Shown here one piece after another: positions 48,422-62,904 of a stretch of DNA of 64,000 bases (positions within the stretch are counted from its first letter, which is position 1; each line of letters opens with the position of its first letter). Made by a program: the position numbers and the translations under genes. The notes below the pieces were generated by a model. The model was given only the letters and a program-made list of their open reading frames with translations, searched no databases and was not told the DNA's origin. The stretch is from the human T2T-CHM13v2.0 reference genome, Homo sapiens, in the NCBI RefSeq assembly GCF_009914755.1, contig NC_060947.1. One strand, written 5' to 3'.

Positions 48422-48626
48422 TGAACAAGGTGTAATGCAACATAAAAAAAGATGCATGCCAAAGACAGACAGGGAATAATCAACTCTATATAGGGGGAGA
48501 GGAGACAGGGAGAAGCTTCCTGAAGGAGGTAAAGTATGAAGTGGGTTTTAAAAGATGAACAGGGATTCACCAAGCAGATAGTGGTACATGGGTGGGAATT
48601 TTATGCAAAATGTTATCTTTCTTTTC

Positions 48627-49108
<482 letters not shown>

Positions 49109-49763
49109 TCATAAAACAGCAGCTTTTGCCTTTTCTTAACTGTCATAATGTAATTTCCATGCCTCAAAAAAAAAAAAAAACTTCTTCATTTCTACTTCAA
49201 TAAAAGGAAATCACACATGCATATTGTTGTCAGGAAATCCTATAGCTTAACATTTTTGTGAATGGGCAGATTGGTCCTCATTGAGAAGAGGATCTAGATA
49301 ATCTTGAGAGTCCCTTGCAACAAACTGGGAATGGCAACAAATCACAGCTCACACCTCTGCCTGTCCATGGTTTAAACATCTAGAACACAGCACAGAATAA
49401 TGAATGAAAGGGGAGAGAGCTGGACAGGTGACGGGATAATCTAAGACATCCTGCAGTTCTGCTACTTATTAGCTGTCTGAGTATCCATGGGTGAGTGTCC
49501 ACAGATGTTCCCTACAGTCCCTCTAGCACTCACTCTAATCACTCCCCTAGGCAGGAGAGTCTTCAGTGACAGATTACAGTGAAGCCCCACATCGTGGGAG
49601 GCATTGGATACATCTTTTGAAAAAACTTTCTTATAGATTCAAGACTTATGAGGAAAGTACTTCTTTAAAATGGAAAATTAATAAGTAGATGTTTTGCTGG
49701 AAAATAATGATGTAAATGTTTTCACACCTCCCTCTTCTTCCTTTCCTTTCCTCTCTCATAATA

Positions 49764-50132
49764 TGTATCTTAGTCCATTTTGTGTTGCTATAACAGAATA
49801 CCTGAGGCTGGGCGATTTATAAACAAAAGAGGTTTATTTAGCTCGTGGCTCCACAGGCTGGGAAGTACAAGAAGCATGGTACTGGCATCTGCTCAAGAGA
49901 AGGAACTTTGCTTTATAACAACTCCATTCTCATGGGAACTAATCCACTCCTGTGAGAACCAATCTAGTCTCCATGAGAGCAAGAACTGACTACCTCAAGA
50001 AGGGCATCAAGCGATTTGTGAAGGATCCATCCCCATGACCCAGACATCTCCCACTAGGCCCCTCCTCCCAATGCCACCACATTGGGGATTACATTTCAAC
50101 ATGAGTTTTGGTGGGGACAAACAAACCACATC
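49764..50132 (-). mobile_element. MaLR LTR (MSTB-like)
   Basis: TGTATCTTAGTCCATTTTGTGTTGCTATAACAGAATACCTGAGGCTGGG ... CATGAGTTTTGGTGGGGACAAAC. Confidence 0.8.
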
Positions 50133-50539
50133 ACTGTATGTCACTGAAACTGTACTTTCCTAGTTTTCCTCTGTCTAACCACTGCTGACTTCTACCTCTT
50201 GCTAATCAAAGCCTAAGTGTTTTCTGATGGTCTATGGTTCCTTTGACAGGGCCATCCAGTTTTTTGTTTGTTTCATGTACTGCCTCTCTGAGAATGACTG
50301 CTAGGCTTGTATCCCAAGATGGTCGAGAACCCCTTTCTGGAACCCGGTTTAGCACTGACAGTTCTTTGCTTCATGTACTGCAAGTGCCTCAGACTTGGAA
50401 TGCACATGATGTGGGATTTATCCTCTTCCCTCATTAGCCTGTCTTTGTCTTCTCTACAGGGCTCCTGGTGTCTCCTCACAGGGCTTCTGTCCTCCTGGTC
50501 ACCAGACAGCAGACACCACAGTTTCTACTCCTCCCTCTT

Positions 50540-51040
50540 TGGGGGAGGCACAATTATGGTCCCCAAAGATATCCACAGCCTCCTCCTCAGAGCTTGTGAA
50601 TATTTTAGGTTATAGAGCAAAGGGGACTGACTGTTGCTGATATAATTAAGATTGCTAAGTAGCTGACCTTGAGATGGGGAGAGCAGCATGGATCATCTAG
50701 GTGGACCCAAAGGAATCACAAGGCTCTTTAAACGTGGAAGTGGCAGGAAGAAGAGTCAGAGTCAGAATGATGAGATATGACAAAGACTCGACCAGCCATG
50801 CCTGGCCTTGAAGATGGAGGAAGGGGCCACAAGCCAAGGAATGCAGGCTAGAAGCTGGAAAAGGCAAGGAAATGAATTCTCCCCAAGGGCCCCCAAAAGG
50901 AATACAGCCCTAAAGATACCTTACTCTTAGCCCAGTGAGACCTGTGTCAGACTTTTGACTCTAGAAATGTAAGATAATGAATTTGCATTGTTTAACACCA
51001 TCAGGTTTGTGCTAACTTGTTACAGCATCCATTAGAATAA
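50540..51040 (+). mobile_element. MaLR LTR (MLT1D-like)
   Basis: ATGGTCCCCAAAGATATCCAC ... GAAGCTGGAAAAGGCAAGGAAA ... TTGTTACAGCA. Confidence 0.78.
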
Positions 51041-53306
51041 GGAGATCGCCCATCATCAGCACATCATCCATAATTTTTATCCCAAATTTCCCTTAATGGA
51101 GGCATTGACCTTTTTAATGATAAGGTAAACCCACCTCTCAATGCTTTCCTACAAGTATTCTAGGTTATGTCTGCATACTCCATGAAATACAATTATTTTT
51201 CTAATTTGGAGTATATGAAAAAGAACATGCAATTCTATCAATTCTATCAATAATTTTACTTCCAGCCCCTCACTTTGTACAACTCTAAAGCCTTCACTAC
51301 CAGGGAAATTAGTGAGTCATTAGACCAAGGAATAAACTTGTATGCCAACACTGGGTGGCCTGTGATTAATCGTTAATACCACGTGGCTGTCAGCCACTGC
51401 CCAGATGATTCCCAAGGCACTTCCTCTAGTTCTTTTCCAAATATCCTCTGGACTATAGAGACTAACTTTATTGTTAAATTTACCAAAACATAACTGAGAT
51501 GACAAACACACTGTTAAAATTGCACGATGTTACAGCAAGCCACACGAAAATGGTTTCAGAACAGGAAGCTCCTATAAGTATTTCAAACAACAAATAGCAT
51601 TGAAAATGTACAAATGAATTATTTGAGAGTCCTAAATTTCAGAAACGAAATCAAGTCAATTTACTTGATTGTCCGCTCCTCTTAACCCCTATTCACCTGG
51701 GTAATTAGATTTAGTTGACTATTGCTGTTTGGATTTTTGCTATGAGATTATCTTTATTATAGAACTATAGGTGAAATATTTTTTAAAGACTGCAGAGTGA
51801 TGTTTCTATCTTGGACCAGCAGAAATACAGACTTTCAGAGGACTCAAAACTACTGAAGTGTGAAACACTGGAAATCAACCTGAGTTTGGGAGGCAGATTG
51901 CAACGGGGACCCAACTCAGAAGGGACTTGCTCTCATCTTAAATAAGCATAATTTCTCAACTCAAAAACTTGTCTAACACAAACTCAATAAAAACTGGCTG
52001 CTACATCCAAGATGAATTCATCATAGGGTATTTTGAATAACATAATACAAGCACTCAGCATCTGCATATTCAATTATGCCATTTAGTATTTGACTTTGAG
52101 TGATAAAGACCACCGAATAAAGACACTACCCAAATGTTACTTTACTGATTAGCACTCTGGCCAATTTGAGAAGCAGGTGGGTTAGCAAAGGCACAGTAAA
52201 ACAGGGCCATGAACTGATGGAAAAAGGGGAGAAGGGGATCCAGTTGGATTTAACTGCATTCTGAAAGACTGGAAATTGATAGCATAATGTAGGCTGTTTC
52301 AGTACAAACGCAAAGTGGTTCTTAAAAACAACAGTATAAATAATACATCAAGTAAGAACAGGTGAAAAAAGGTGATCCAGTAACATTTTATAGGTAAAGA
52401 ATGTTACTCTGAATTATCACTGCATTTAGCCTCCAAATGTCAGCACACTCAAATTCATTTGCTCAACCAGTAACAGACAACTAAGAATTTCTGCCAAGAA
52501 AATTGTAGGGGACCAGAGGGACTGTTTGAAAAAAAAAAGTGACAAGCAGATGAGCACTGAGATGCTAGCCTCAAGTTTTAAAATAATTAATACAATAGAT
52601 ATTTTGAATAACTTGACATTTCTTCTTTAAGAAGTGCTGAAATTATTATTATTATTATTATTTTTTTACCTCATATCTGAAGTGAGAACCAGGGAAGACT
52701 TTTAATTTCGCCAAACACCCACCTGGTGGAATTCATGCAAATCAAATTAAACTGTTAACCAAATCTTTTCTGTACTTTCACATCTGCCTATAACATGCTC
52801 ATTCTTAGTAACTGGATCTCTAGGACATTCTTTAAAATAATCACATACTCGCCTGACCATGCAACCTGATTAATAATGAATGAACATTCCTGAGAAGAAT
52901 CACTTCGAAGCATGGCAGATGTCTGTGGGGATATGAAGGCTTTAATGATCAAAATTAAGGGGAAATGGAAGCTGGGTCACACTGTCTGGTTATTTTAATT
53001 GAAACCTAGTCTTCCAAATTTACTTAACAGAATACTTAAACACTCCTTCTCGAGGTTCATTTATACAAGCAGACAAGCACAAAGACAAATGGCAATGCAA
53101 AAGAACAACCCAGATTCCTGGAGGAACAACCACCCTATCCTGTTCTGTCCTAATAGTGCAGAAAACCCCTCAGCAGTTTCAGAAATCCAATTTGTTCAAT
53201 TGAAAGACTGATAAACAGGTTAAAAACAGGAACTAGTACATTGGTCCTTAATAGTTCTTTGAGCACCTCTCTAGATTCTGACAAAGAGATCACCTTGAAT
53301 ACCCAC

Positions 53307-53600
53307 CAATGGACTGCACACTAGTTCTTTTTGAAGAAACATCGCCGTAGGCAGAGGATGGGGACCCACGAAATGATAGACAGGCCACCGAGACCAGACG
53401 GTGGGTGGCAGGCAGTGCTGGAGCGGTCCTGTGTGTCTGTGAGTGCGTCAACAGTGAAACACAACAGGAAAATCGGTCCAACAATTCCAGGAAGGCCAGC
53501 TCCACCTCATCCACTCCGCCAGGGTTGCCCGAGTTGAAGAATCAACTGCCTTTTCCACGGCCCCCGCCACAACTTCCCTATCCTCTGGCCTACTCAATGT
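53307..53600 (-). promoter_or_regulatory. Candidate alternative promoter and non-coding first exon of MID1
   Basis: Non-repetitive patch locally enriched in GC and CpG. GC-box-like CTCCGCC (~53514) and CCCCCGCC (~53561). Minus-strand donors TTG|gtgggt (53307) and AAG|gtgatc (53294). MID1 is known to use several alternative 5' exons. The TSS cannot be determined from sequence. Confidence 0.5.
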
Positions 53601-56600
53601 TCAACTGAACCCAAATGGAAAGGTAGCTCAGGTCAGCTCAACACCCACTGCCTGGTCCAAAAAAATGAGGACTTGGCAACGGGATCTGTACTCTCATTCC
53701 TTACAGGGACCAGCAGCAGCTTGGCCGAATGAGACACTGTCCTGTGGCAGAAGGCTGAATGCTAGCTTTCAATGCCACCAATAGGAGCCGTCCTGCCCAG
53801 CTCCTGGGGCTGGGAACAGGCACTAGACTCATTTGCCTTTGGGGCCTTTCAGTGTCGTACTGAGCACATGATCACATTATGCTCTGCATGCTGGCTTGTT
53901 CATTTAAAAAAATAATATACACATTATTTTGTGCCTTTATCTTCTGAATTAATGTATAATGTCTGGAAGAAGTTTTCTTCAAAGTTATATCAGGAAGAAC
54001 AATCTCCAGTACAGACACAAAGAACAGTCATTTATTTCTTCCAAAAATAGTGACCTAAATAGCAATCTATCATCCTGATAAACAATTTAAAATATATGTA
54101 TATACACACAGGTTTCACATACACACGTATGCATACATTATGTACACACATATATAAAAACATCGTGTGTGTATATATATATATATATTTAATATTACAT
54201 ACACGGTATATATATAATAGCAAATCTGTGATGGGTGTCCAAAATTTCAGTCTCCAGAATGGCAAAGAAAGGGTGAACTGAGAATGGAAAGAAGTAATCT
54301 TTTAAAATTTGATTGACTAAAGGAGGAAGGGGAAGTAGTCTTCCTAAAAGAAAAAAAAAAAAAAAAAGTCCTGCGCTGCAGTTCTTTGAAGGATATTGCT
54401 TATCACCATGCAAGACAAGAAACTGCAAGTAAAGTAAATCATCAGGAAAGTGTTTAAAAAAAGAATCTTGCACAATTCAATTCATAATCCAGACATTTGG
54501 ACTCCACCAAAGGTGTTTAAGGAACATTCATGATAAAGGGGAAGCAGAGGCAAGAACTGCTTCCTCGGGCTGCCCAGTCTGCACGTCTCAACATCTACTT
54601 TATTGCCATTGCAACACTTCACAGTAAATCAAAGCATGCTTCACATGTTAGGACATAAAAATGCAAACATAGATTTTTTGGCTTATGTCTCTCCAAATTA
54701 TAACTTCATTTGTCTTTTAACAATGAATAAAAGGATTACTCAATTTCACATATAGATGACTTCCTTAAGAAGTTCTCATTGTCCTCGGAAGAGACACACA
54801 TAGATCATCAAGTAGAATTCTAAAGAACTTTTCATCAAGACATGGCTTTTGTTAAAACAACATTTAAATTGTCAAAATTCTACAGGCCTAACTTTTCCCT
54901 ATTTTGGCACTGTAGTGGAAAATTAGCCTGAACATCTGAAGTTGAAACATCAGGAAAGAAATATTTACTCCACCCCTCAAGAGAAAATGATAAACAACAA
55001 AAAAAATTACAATCTTCTAAAGGGCATAATCTGACAACTTGCAGATGAAATTTCCCACTATCTGAATGTCTCAGACATTTCATGTCTTTTACAGTTTAAG
55101 AAATAAAGCATTTAGTTTTAAAGGCACACAGAACCTATTTTACATTATATTGAAAATGACCGATGTTTTCCAGGTCTATGCTGTACTGGGTATCATGCAA
55201 GAATTTGGTTCTGAAGGCAATGATAGCAGACTGGACAGAGAGGAAGAGGGTGAGAGATGGCCACACCTAGTCTCCTGGCAGAAGTCTAAATCAACCCTCC
55301 TGGTGAACAGACCAACAGCGTGATGGTAGCAGAAATGGAAGTCACTAATTTCTGTGAAACCAGTCACAGATGAAAAGCTTTTAACACTGCTGTCCCTGAA
55401 TGCTTTCTCAAATGTATTTATAGTTTGATAGGTATTTCTATATATATTCATATAACTATGTCTGTATAAAGTCCTATATATGTCCATAATGGAATTAGTT
55501 TTTGTAGTTATATACAATGTGCATGTATACATAAGTACACATATACATATACAAAAGCACCTTTTCAGAATTATTTGAGACTGGCTAGAATTCACTCTTC
55601 ACAAACCCCTCAGTCATAGCATCCCTTCTGCATTACAGAAACATTCCTTCCTTAGTGCAGAAACAGAAACCTGTAGATAATGTTTATTTAAAAACAACTG
55701 CCTGCTCATATCTGCAAAAGGTCACCTGGAAATGAGCAAAATGACGCAAGTGATCTATTCTCTGAAAGACCAGTCAAGTGGGATTTTTGCAGCAAGTATA
55801 ATAGATTGTGCCCTGGAGAAAAGCTTGCCGCTTGGGGAAACTTTTTCTCACTTTATTTATATAATACTCTCCTAGAAGGCAGAGAAAGTACACACCCTCC
55901 CCTTCCCAATTATTACCAACCAGGAGCAAAATAGTTATTGATGATGGCCAATGCAACATTTCACAACTGTTCTCTGAACACTGGAAAGCTTAAGTTCAAA
56001 GACAAGAACAAATACTAGTCTCGTGACTCATGGAGGTAATGACGATGTTATAGAGTAACTGATTCCCATTGTGTGAGCAGATTGGAAATTCTCTCAAATA
56101 TGATGCCTCCTTTTCTCAAAGAAAATCGCTTTTTCCCTCAACTTCAAAGTCAGCCACACACAAAAACCTTTTGCTCACAATACCCTGAAGCTACCTCCTG
56201 ATCTTAAAAAGTAAGGAAAACGAACCCTTATTCACAACTCCTGGTTAACTATTACGAATAACATGCTTTAAACATTTCCCCTGATCACTGAAGCTCTGCA
56301 GTCAGGGGAAGAAGTCTTTTTTTTTTTTTTTTAAAGGCAACAGAAAGAGGAGTGACTCTTTTGTTCTGAATGTTATTGTAAAGCACCACATGAAAGAAGA
56401 GGAATGATGGGAACATGGCAATGAAAAGGACAACAGCGCTGACAAATGAAAACAGGATATTAAGAACAGCGTCGGGACTGTGTGTCTGTACAGAACAAAG
56501 CCGGGAGCCTTCTCGGAGAAATTCAAGCAAAAATACTCTTAACAGATTTACATGCTAATGGATGAACTGTAGTTTCTCCAGGTGGCACAGATCTTTAAGT

Positions 56601-56630
56601 CTGGGACAATAAAATTAGGTTATCATTAAA

Positions 56631-56660
56631 ACACATACACACACACACACACACACACAC
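56631..56660. repeat. (CA)n microsatellite
   Basis: Directly visible. Confidence 0.95.
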
Positions 56661-57489
56661 TGTAAAGTGTCATAAAATTAAAACTGCCTTCAAATCACAT
56701 TCAATCACATGCCCCCCCCCGCCCCGCCCTTTCAACCAGTGATCTGCTTCTGGAAATTTCTAGATCTATGTTTTTCTCTTTGTAAAATAAGATACTGGTT
56801 CTGTCAAATAACTGAGCTAACTTAGTATATAGTCCCAAGGAAAGTGAATTTTTTACAAAAAGAAAAACAATTTTCTCTCCATTCACAGCACACTCTAACT
56901 TACACTTTAAATATAACTTTTCAATAGAGCTTTCAAGAACTCCCAGGGAAACTAGGCAATGGGTACTGTGCTGAGAAACAATGACAGCAACTAAGTGGCT
57001 AACATTAATATAGTATACCGCTTTTGCCAAGTCATGGTGGTAATATCTTATACTTTTCTTCTGATGCAAATTCTGCAAAAGCTGCTAGTATGATGGTACA
57101 TTTAATAAAACATCATCATAGCTTATTGGACTTATCACATAAGAATTATTATTGTAGTCTCTAAAGAAGTTCAAAAAAGTAAAAAAATATGTCTGATTTT
57201 GCGCTCCATTAAAAATTTCAGTCTTTTTTTTTCTCTTTTCTATGTTTTGCCACTATTCTCCTTTTCCCCACTTCCTGATCAGTCCTTTCTATTGTCAGAT
57301 GAGTGATGAGCTGATGTGCTTTCTTCTTTACCAAAGCATTTCATCCAGCTTTCCCTCTGGCATGCTTTCAGAAAACTTTGGGCTAAGCCCTGAGCTCAGT
57401 GTGCCCAAGTGTTCTTGGTCTAGTTTTGGGCTGACACTGTCAATGTGGTGTCCTGTAAAAAAAAAAAAAAAAAAAAAAAAACATGTAGA

Positions 57490-57821
<332 letters not shown>

Positions 57822-58479
57822 CATGTAGTACCTTGAAGCCAGATAACCTGAGTTCAAATCCTGGCTCTGCCATTTCCTTGCAAAGGCAGATCGGAGCCAG
57901 ATACTGTACATATCTTATACTCACAGATGCTCTTCCTATCTTCTATGCAGTTTCCTTATCTGAGAGCAATCTTAAGGGTCCTTTGAGGATTAGTGAGGTG
58001 AACTTTTTAAAATGCCTGACAAAATTCTCACTCTTATGGAAGGACAGGGTGGTAGGGGATGGGGGATTGGGGTCCTTCTTCCCTTCTTGTCCTGAATCGC
58101 CTCTTCCCACTCTTCTTTGAATAAATTCATTATCTGTGTTTTTTACTGGAAACCTCTTCATACCATTTTTGCAAGCAAGAAGGATATAAATCCATTTATT
58201 CAATAACATTTATGGAGCATCTTATGTGAACAAACAGTATGTGAATGTGAAATGAACTAGCATTTTTATTCTTAACACTAATGACTTATCTTCACATTGG
58301 CAATTTCATCTGTTTCCTACACTATGACATACCTCTGTTCATTACCACTGATCTCCCACCATGAACTTGGGGCTTCACTTCCGCTTCCCAGTGAAGGTCA
58401 CCCTGTCCCATATGCACTCTTTGTCAGAATTTTTTTATTTTGCAGGAAATAAGGGACCCTGGCATGGATGGAGCATGTG

Positions 58480-58960
58480 AAACTATCAAGAACAGTGAAA
58501 TGTTTCAGATTTTTGCTATTTGCCAGTTTCGTTTCATGAATGCTGGCAGAAGACACCTGAATCAAAGATAAAGGCTGTTTTTACTCAAATGGTATGTGTT
58601 TCATGTTCTGTTGGTTCCCCTTGTTCTCGAAGTCCTACGGAGCATCCTAGGTCCATGTTTGCACACTCAGGAGATTTGCATCATACCTAAGCAACTCCAA
58701 GCTTAGGAAATCTGAATCTTTTATAATGGACTGCAAGTTAGCCTGCCCAACTTTTGCCCTGGAGGAAGACATTGTCTTTAATATAATGAACAACAAACAA
58801 ACCTGCCTTCTCCCCTGGCGCGAGATACTACCTCTATCTCCCAAGACTGTTTGCTATACAAACATCCTGGGGAATAGTCTGGAATAAAATCATTCAGTGC
58901 TCCAGCTCACAAGAGGTACAAAAAGGTGATAGATCCATGGAAAATTATTTCCTAATAGAC
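58480..58960. mobile_element. Old ERVL-type LTR relic (MER54/MER74-like)
   Basis: TTTCATGAATGCTGGCAGAAGACAC and GCAAGTTAGCCTGCC motifs, recognised by eye only. Confidence 0.4.
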
Positions 58961-59339
58961 ACAATTCTTATCTCCTCCTGGGGATATGGCCAATAGTTGT
59001 TACTAGAAATCAGATCATCACTGGACTTTCTAGCAGTTACCACAGAGGCAGAATTTCATTTGGCACTGAATGACCCTTGAGTCATAGAAGACTAGAGGTA
59101 AAAGGAGCCTGCAAGAAAGTGATAAGAACTTCCTTACCAACGGCTCCAAGCTCCTTATCCAACCACCCTCTGACATCAGCTGTTGTACAAGGAAAATTGG
59201 CAGAAAGCAGGTAAGCCTCACCCATAGATTTTGCTCAAATAAACAGAGCCCTTAATGTCCTTCATAGTCCCAAAACAGCTTGGGTCTGGTCTGCAACTTC
59301 AGCTCTTCACTCTGAACCTAAGCTAATTTTAAGAGTTTG

Positions 59340-59444
59340 GTGCTTGTTTCAGCAGCACATAGACTAAAACTGGAATGATACAAAGAAGATTAGCATGGCC
59401 CCAATGCAAGGATGACAAATTCATGAAGCATTCTATAATTTTTT
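59340..59444 (+). pseudogene. U6 snRNA retro-pseudogene
   Basis: GTGCTTGTTTCAGCAGCACATAGACTAAAACTGGAATGATACAAAGAAGATTAGCATGGCCCC...AAGGATGAC...AAATTCATGAAGCATTCTATAATTTTT aligns along the whole of U6. A-rich tail. TSD AAGAGTTTG at 59331-59339 and 59469-59477. Confidence 0.93.
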
Positions 59445-60202
59445 ATTATTAAAAAATATTAATAAAATAAGAGTTTGGAAGAGTAAGCTAATTTTGTTAC
59501 TTTTATGACACTGGAAATCCTATATGTATATCCATTTGGCTTTCTTTAAGCATTAAAAAAAATTAGAACTACTTCTTTTGGAGTAAAACCAGATGAGTCA
59601 TTTCTTTCATTACTCTTTCATTCCACTGGTATTTTTTGAGGTCATTCTGTGTGCCAGGAGCTGCTCTAGGCAGCAGCAAATTGGTGGTAAATATGAGCAT
59701 AAAGGCCTGCCCTTGGAGAGCTTACATTTTAATGAAGGAAATAAAAAAATAAAAGGTTTTTAAAAACACAAACATTTCAAAGACTCATACATAAAATGAA
59801 AGAAATAAAAAGGATGACATGATAGAAGGTAGATGGGTGGTGCAAATCTATGTTAGCTAAGGGGATATTACTACTCATATTTGTGCTGGCTTTCTTGATA
59901 TTTTGGCTTTTTCCCTGCCAATAAACAAGCAAAGAGTATCTGAATTTCAGTATAAAACTTTCTGGTGTTTGGTCAGAGGGTTGTGATCTAATTTTTCAAG
60001 TTGTTAAATGCTTAGTTTCAGATTGCCTCAAGGATAGAGTTCTTTTTCAAGGGCATAGAAATCCAACTTTTACTATTTCTTACAAAAAAATGGAATGTGA
60101 TGAATTATTGTAAAGTAGTGACATCTTTATTTATTTTAGCAATAAAATTTTGAAAGAGAAAAGCCACGAACACTTAGTGAGCCAAAAAAGCAGGAACCAT
60201 GA

Positions 60203-60829
<627 letters not shown>

Positions 60830-61314
60830 TATGGTATTCAGAATTACCTGAATATCTTAAGTGTTTGATTCTACGATGTTAACTCAAAGTTGAAAATAAC
60901 CATGGATGTACAGTTAAGCTTATAGGGATGGACAGGAAGGAAATGAATAGAGACATTGGAAGAGGCATTGGTTTTGTCAGTACTTACTCACCAGCTTTTG
61001 CACCACTGGAAGAGGAAATTTCAGGAAGGAAAGGAAGGAAATGAGGGAAGAGTGCTGGGGGAAATAAACACATGTGACTACAGCTTTATGACCGGTGAGC
61101 ACCAAAGATGAGTTAAGACTAGATCCCACTGGCTGACAGCCAATGTCTTTTGAAATGTCATAATGTCATTTGACAATGACAATAATATCAAAAAGCATCT
61201 CAAAATAAATAAATTCACTGGCTAGGTAAAATTGCAATAGCAGCTGAATCATGATTTTTTAGAGCCCATCACTTTAAGAAAGGGTTAGAAGGAAAATAAT
61301 CGCAGAGAAAATTG

Positions 61315-61806
61315 GGTAGCAGGACGAGCCGCAGACAAAACTCCTCAGACACCAAGTTAAAGACGGAAGGGGTTTATTCGGCTGGGGGCATCGGCAAGAC
61401 TCCTGTCTCAAGAGCCGAGCTCCCTGAATGAGCAATTCCTGTCCCTTTTAAAGGCTCATAACTCTAAGGTGGGGGGGTCCACGTGAGAGGGTCATGATCA
61501 ATTGAGCAAGCAGGGGGTACATGACAGGGGCTTCATGCACCGGTGGTTAGAGTGAAACAGAACAGACTGGGAAGTTTTACAATGTCTTCCTATAATCTAT
61601 AGATAACATCAGTTGCTAGGTCAGGGGTGGAATTTTAACTACCAGGCTTGGGTCAGGCAGGCCCAGGCCCGGTTTCAGGTCTGGTTCCTTGGTTTCACGT
61701 CTGGTTGCTAGGCGCCGGGCTACCTGCCTTTAGTTTTGCTTCTCTTTCCTTTTCTGAGTATAAAACAATATAAAACAATATGAGAGGGTCTGTCTCTCTT
61801 CTCTCA
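61315..61806 (-). mobile_element. ERV1 LTR (LTR2/LTR2B type, HERV-E/Harlequin), 3' LTR of the provirus
   Basis: Minus strand starts TGAGAGAAGAGAGACAGACCCTCTCATATTG directly after the polypurine tract AAAGGGGGGAAA (61818-61807). TTTAAAA TATA-like box ~61450, AATAAA at 61378-61373, ends ...GCGGCTCGTCCTGCTAC. Confidence 0.9.
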
Positions 61807-61921
61807 TTTCCCCCCTTTGAGACTCTCACTTTTTATTAGTGGGAGTTCTCACTCTTATTTTTGCTACTTATGTCTTCCTGTGCAATAGATTGATAATGAT
61901 TCACATATTTACACTTGTGCT

Positions 61922-62826
61922 GATACATAACACGAAGTGACACTGAGAGACTGGGCTATATGCTCGGCTAATTGCAAAAACAAATTTCCTGTTTTTCCTG
62001 GAATTTCTGGTACTGACACATTCAGTTCATCATAGAAGGTTTGAAATACTGGCTCAGGAGAGCGTTTATAAACTTTTCCTCAAACCACGACATTTACTTG
62101 AAGATCCAGTCCAGCTCCATCAATTTTTAGGGTTACACGTTCCTCTTTTTTCTAGTGAGGATTAAGGGGGTTGGTTATTACTAGTTCTAAGGGGTTACAC
62201 TGACCACTGGTACAGGAAGGGCCACTTTTCCCTTGCTGAAGGTGGACAGGATTTTTTTTTTTTATCCAAGTAGCCTAAATGACACAAGACCAGTATCCAC
62301 ATTTATTTTTACACAGTCTTAATTTATGATAAATGTACTTATTTTCTGCCATATAGCCTCTTTCTTAATTAAGAGAACCACATCCTATTTTTAACCTATT
62401 ATTATTAATGACAGCACAGGCATCGAATTTCAAGGTGACTTGTTTGGGCACTTCTTTTTTTGTTTTGTTTTGTTTTGGCTAACACTTTACTTGTATCGTT
62501 TATGAGCCTCCACCAGTCTTCAGTCCTTAATCTTATTTTAAAAACTATGGTCATGGGAGGCTCAGATGGGTCATAACACACATCAGGTTGGTCATTTCCC
62601 GGGCTACATACCTTGTATAGAGTAACATTATACAAACAAGTTTTTTTAGAGTTCCAGTACACTTATAATAACTGTAAAATAATAGGACTGTAGCAACCTT
62701 TTGTCCCACTTCAGTGACTTGATGTATATACTGGGAACAGCCCTCAGTCTGAGGAAGGTCAGTTGAAGTCCTTACTGTACAAGTCCAAATTTTAAGGAAA
62801 ATGAGTCCTGCGATGAGTTTCCTCAT
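61922..62826 (-). pseudogene. HERV-E-like env SU remnant with frameshifts and stops; most of TM deleted
   Basis: MRKLIAGLIFLKIWTCTVRTSTD...CSPGNDQPDVCYDP...FDACAVIN...CNPLELVITNPL...PVFQTFYDELN...LFLQLAEHIAQSLSVTSCYV, then an abrupt jump to sequence just upstream of the PPT. Confidence 0.8.
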
Positions 62827-62904
62827 GTTTCGGCCGTGCATGGACCAGTTAGCTTCTGGGTGTGACTGAAGCAGGGCTTGTCGTCTTCTTCAGAGTCACT
62901 TTGC

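Noticed and set aside
54090-54220. TA/CA-rich stretch with apparent self-complementarity
   Set aside because: Low-complexity decayed dinucleotide repeat; no specific structure is supported.
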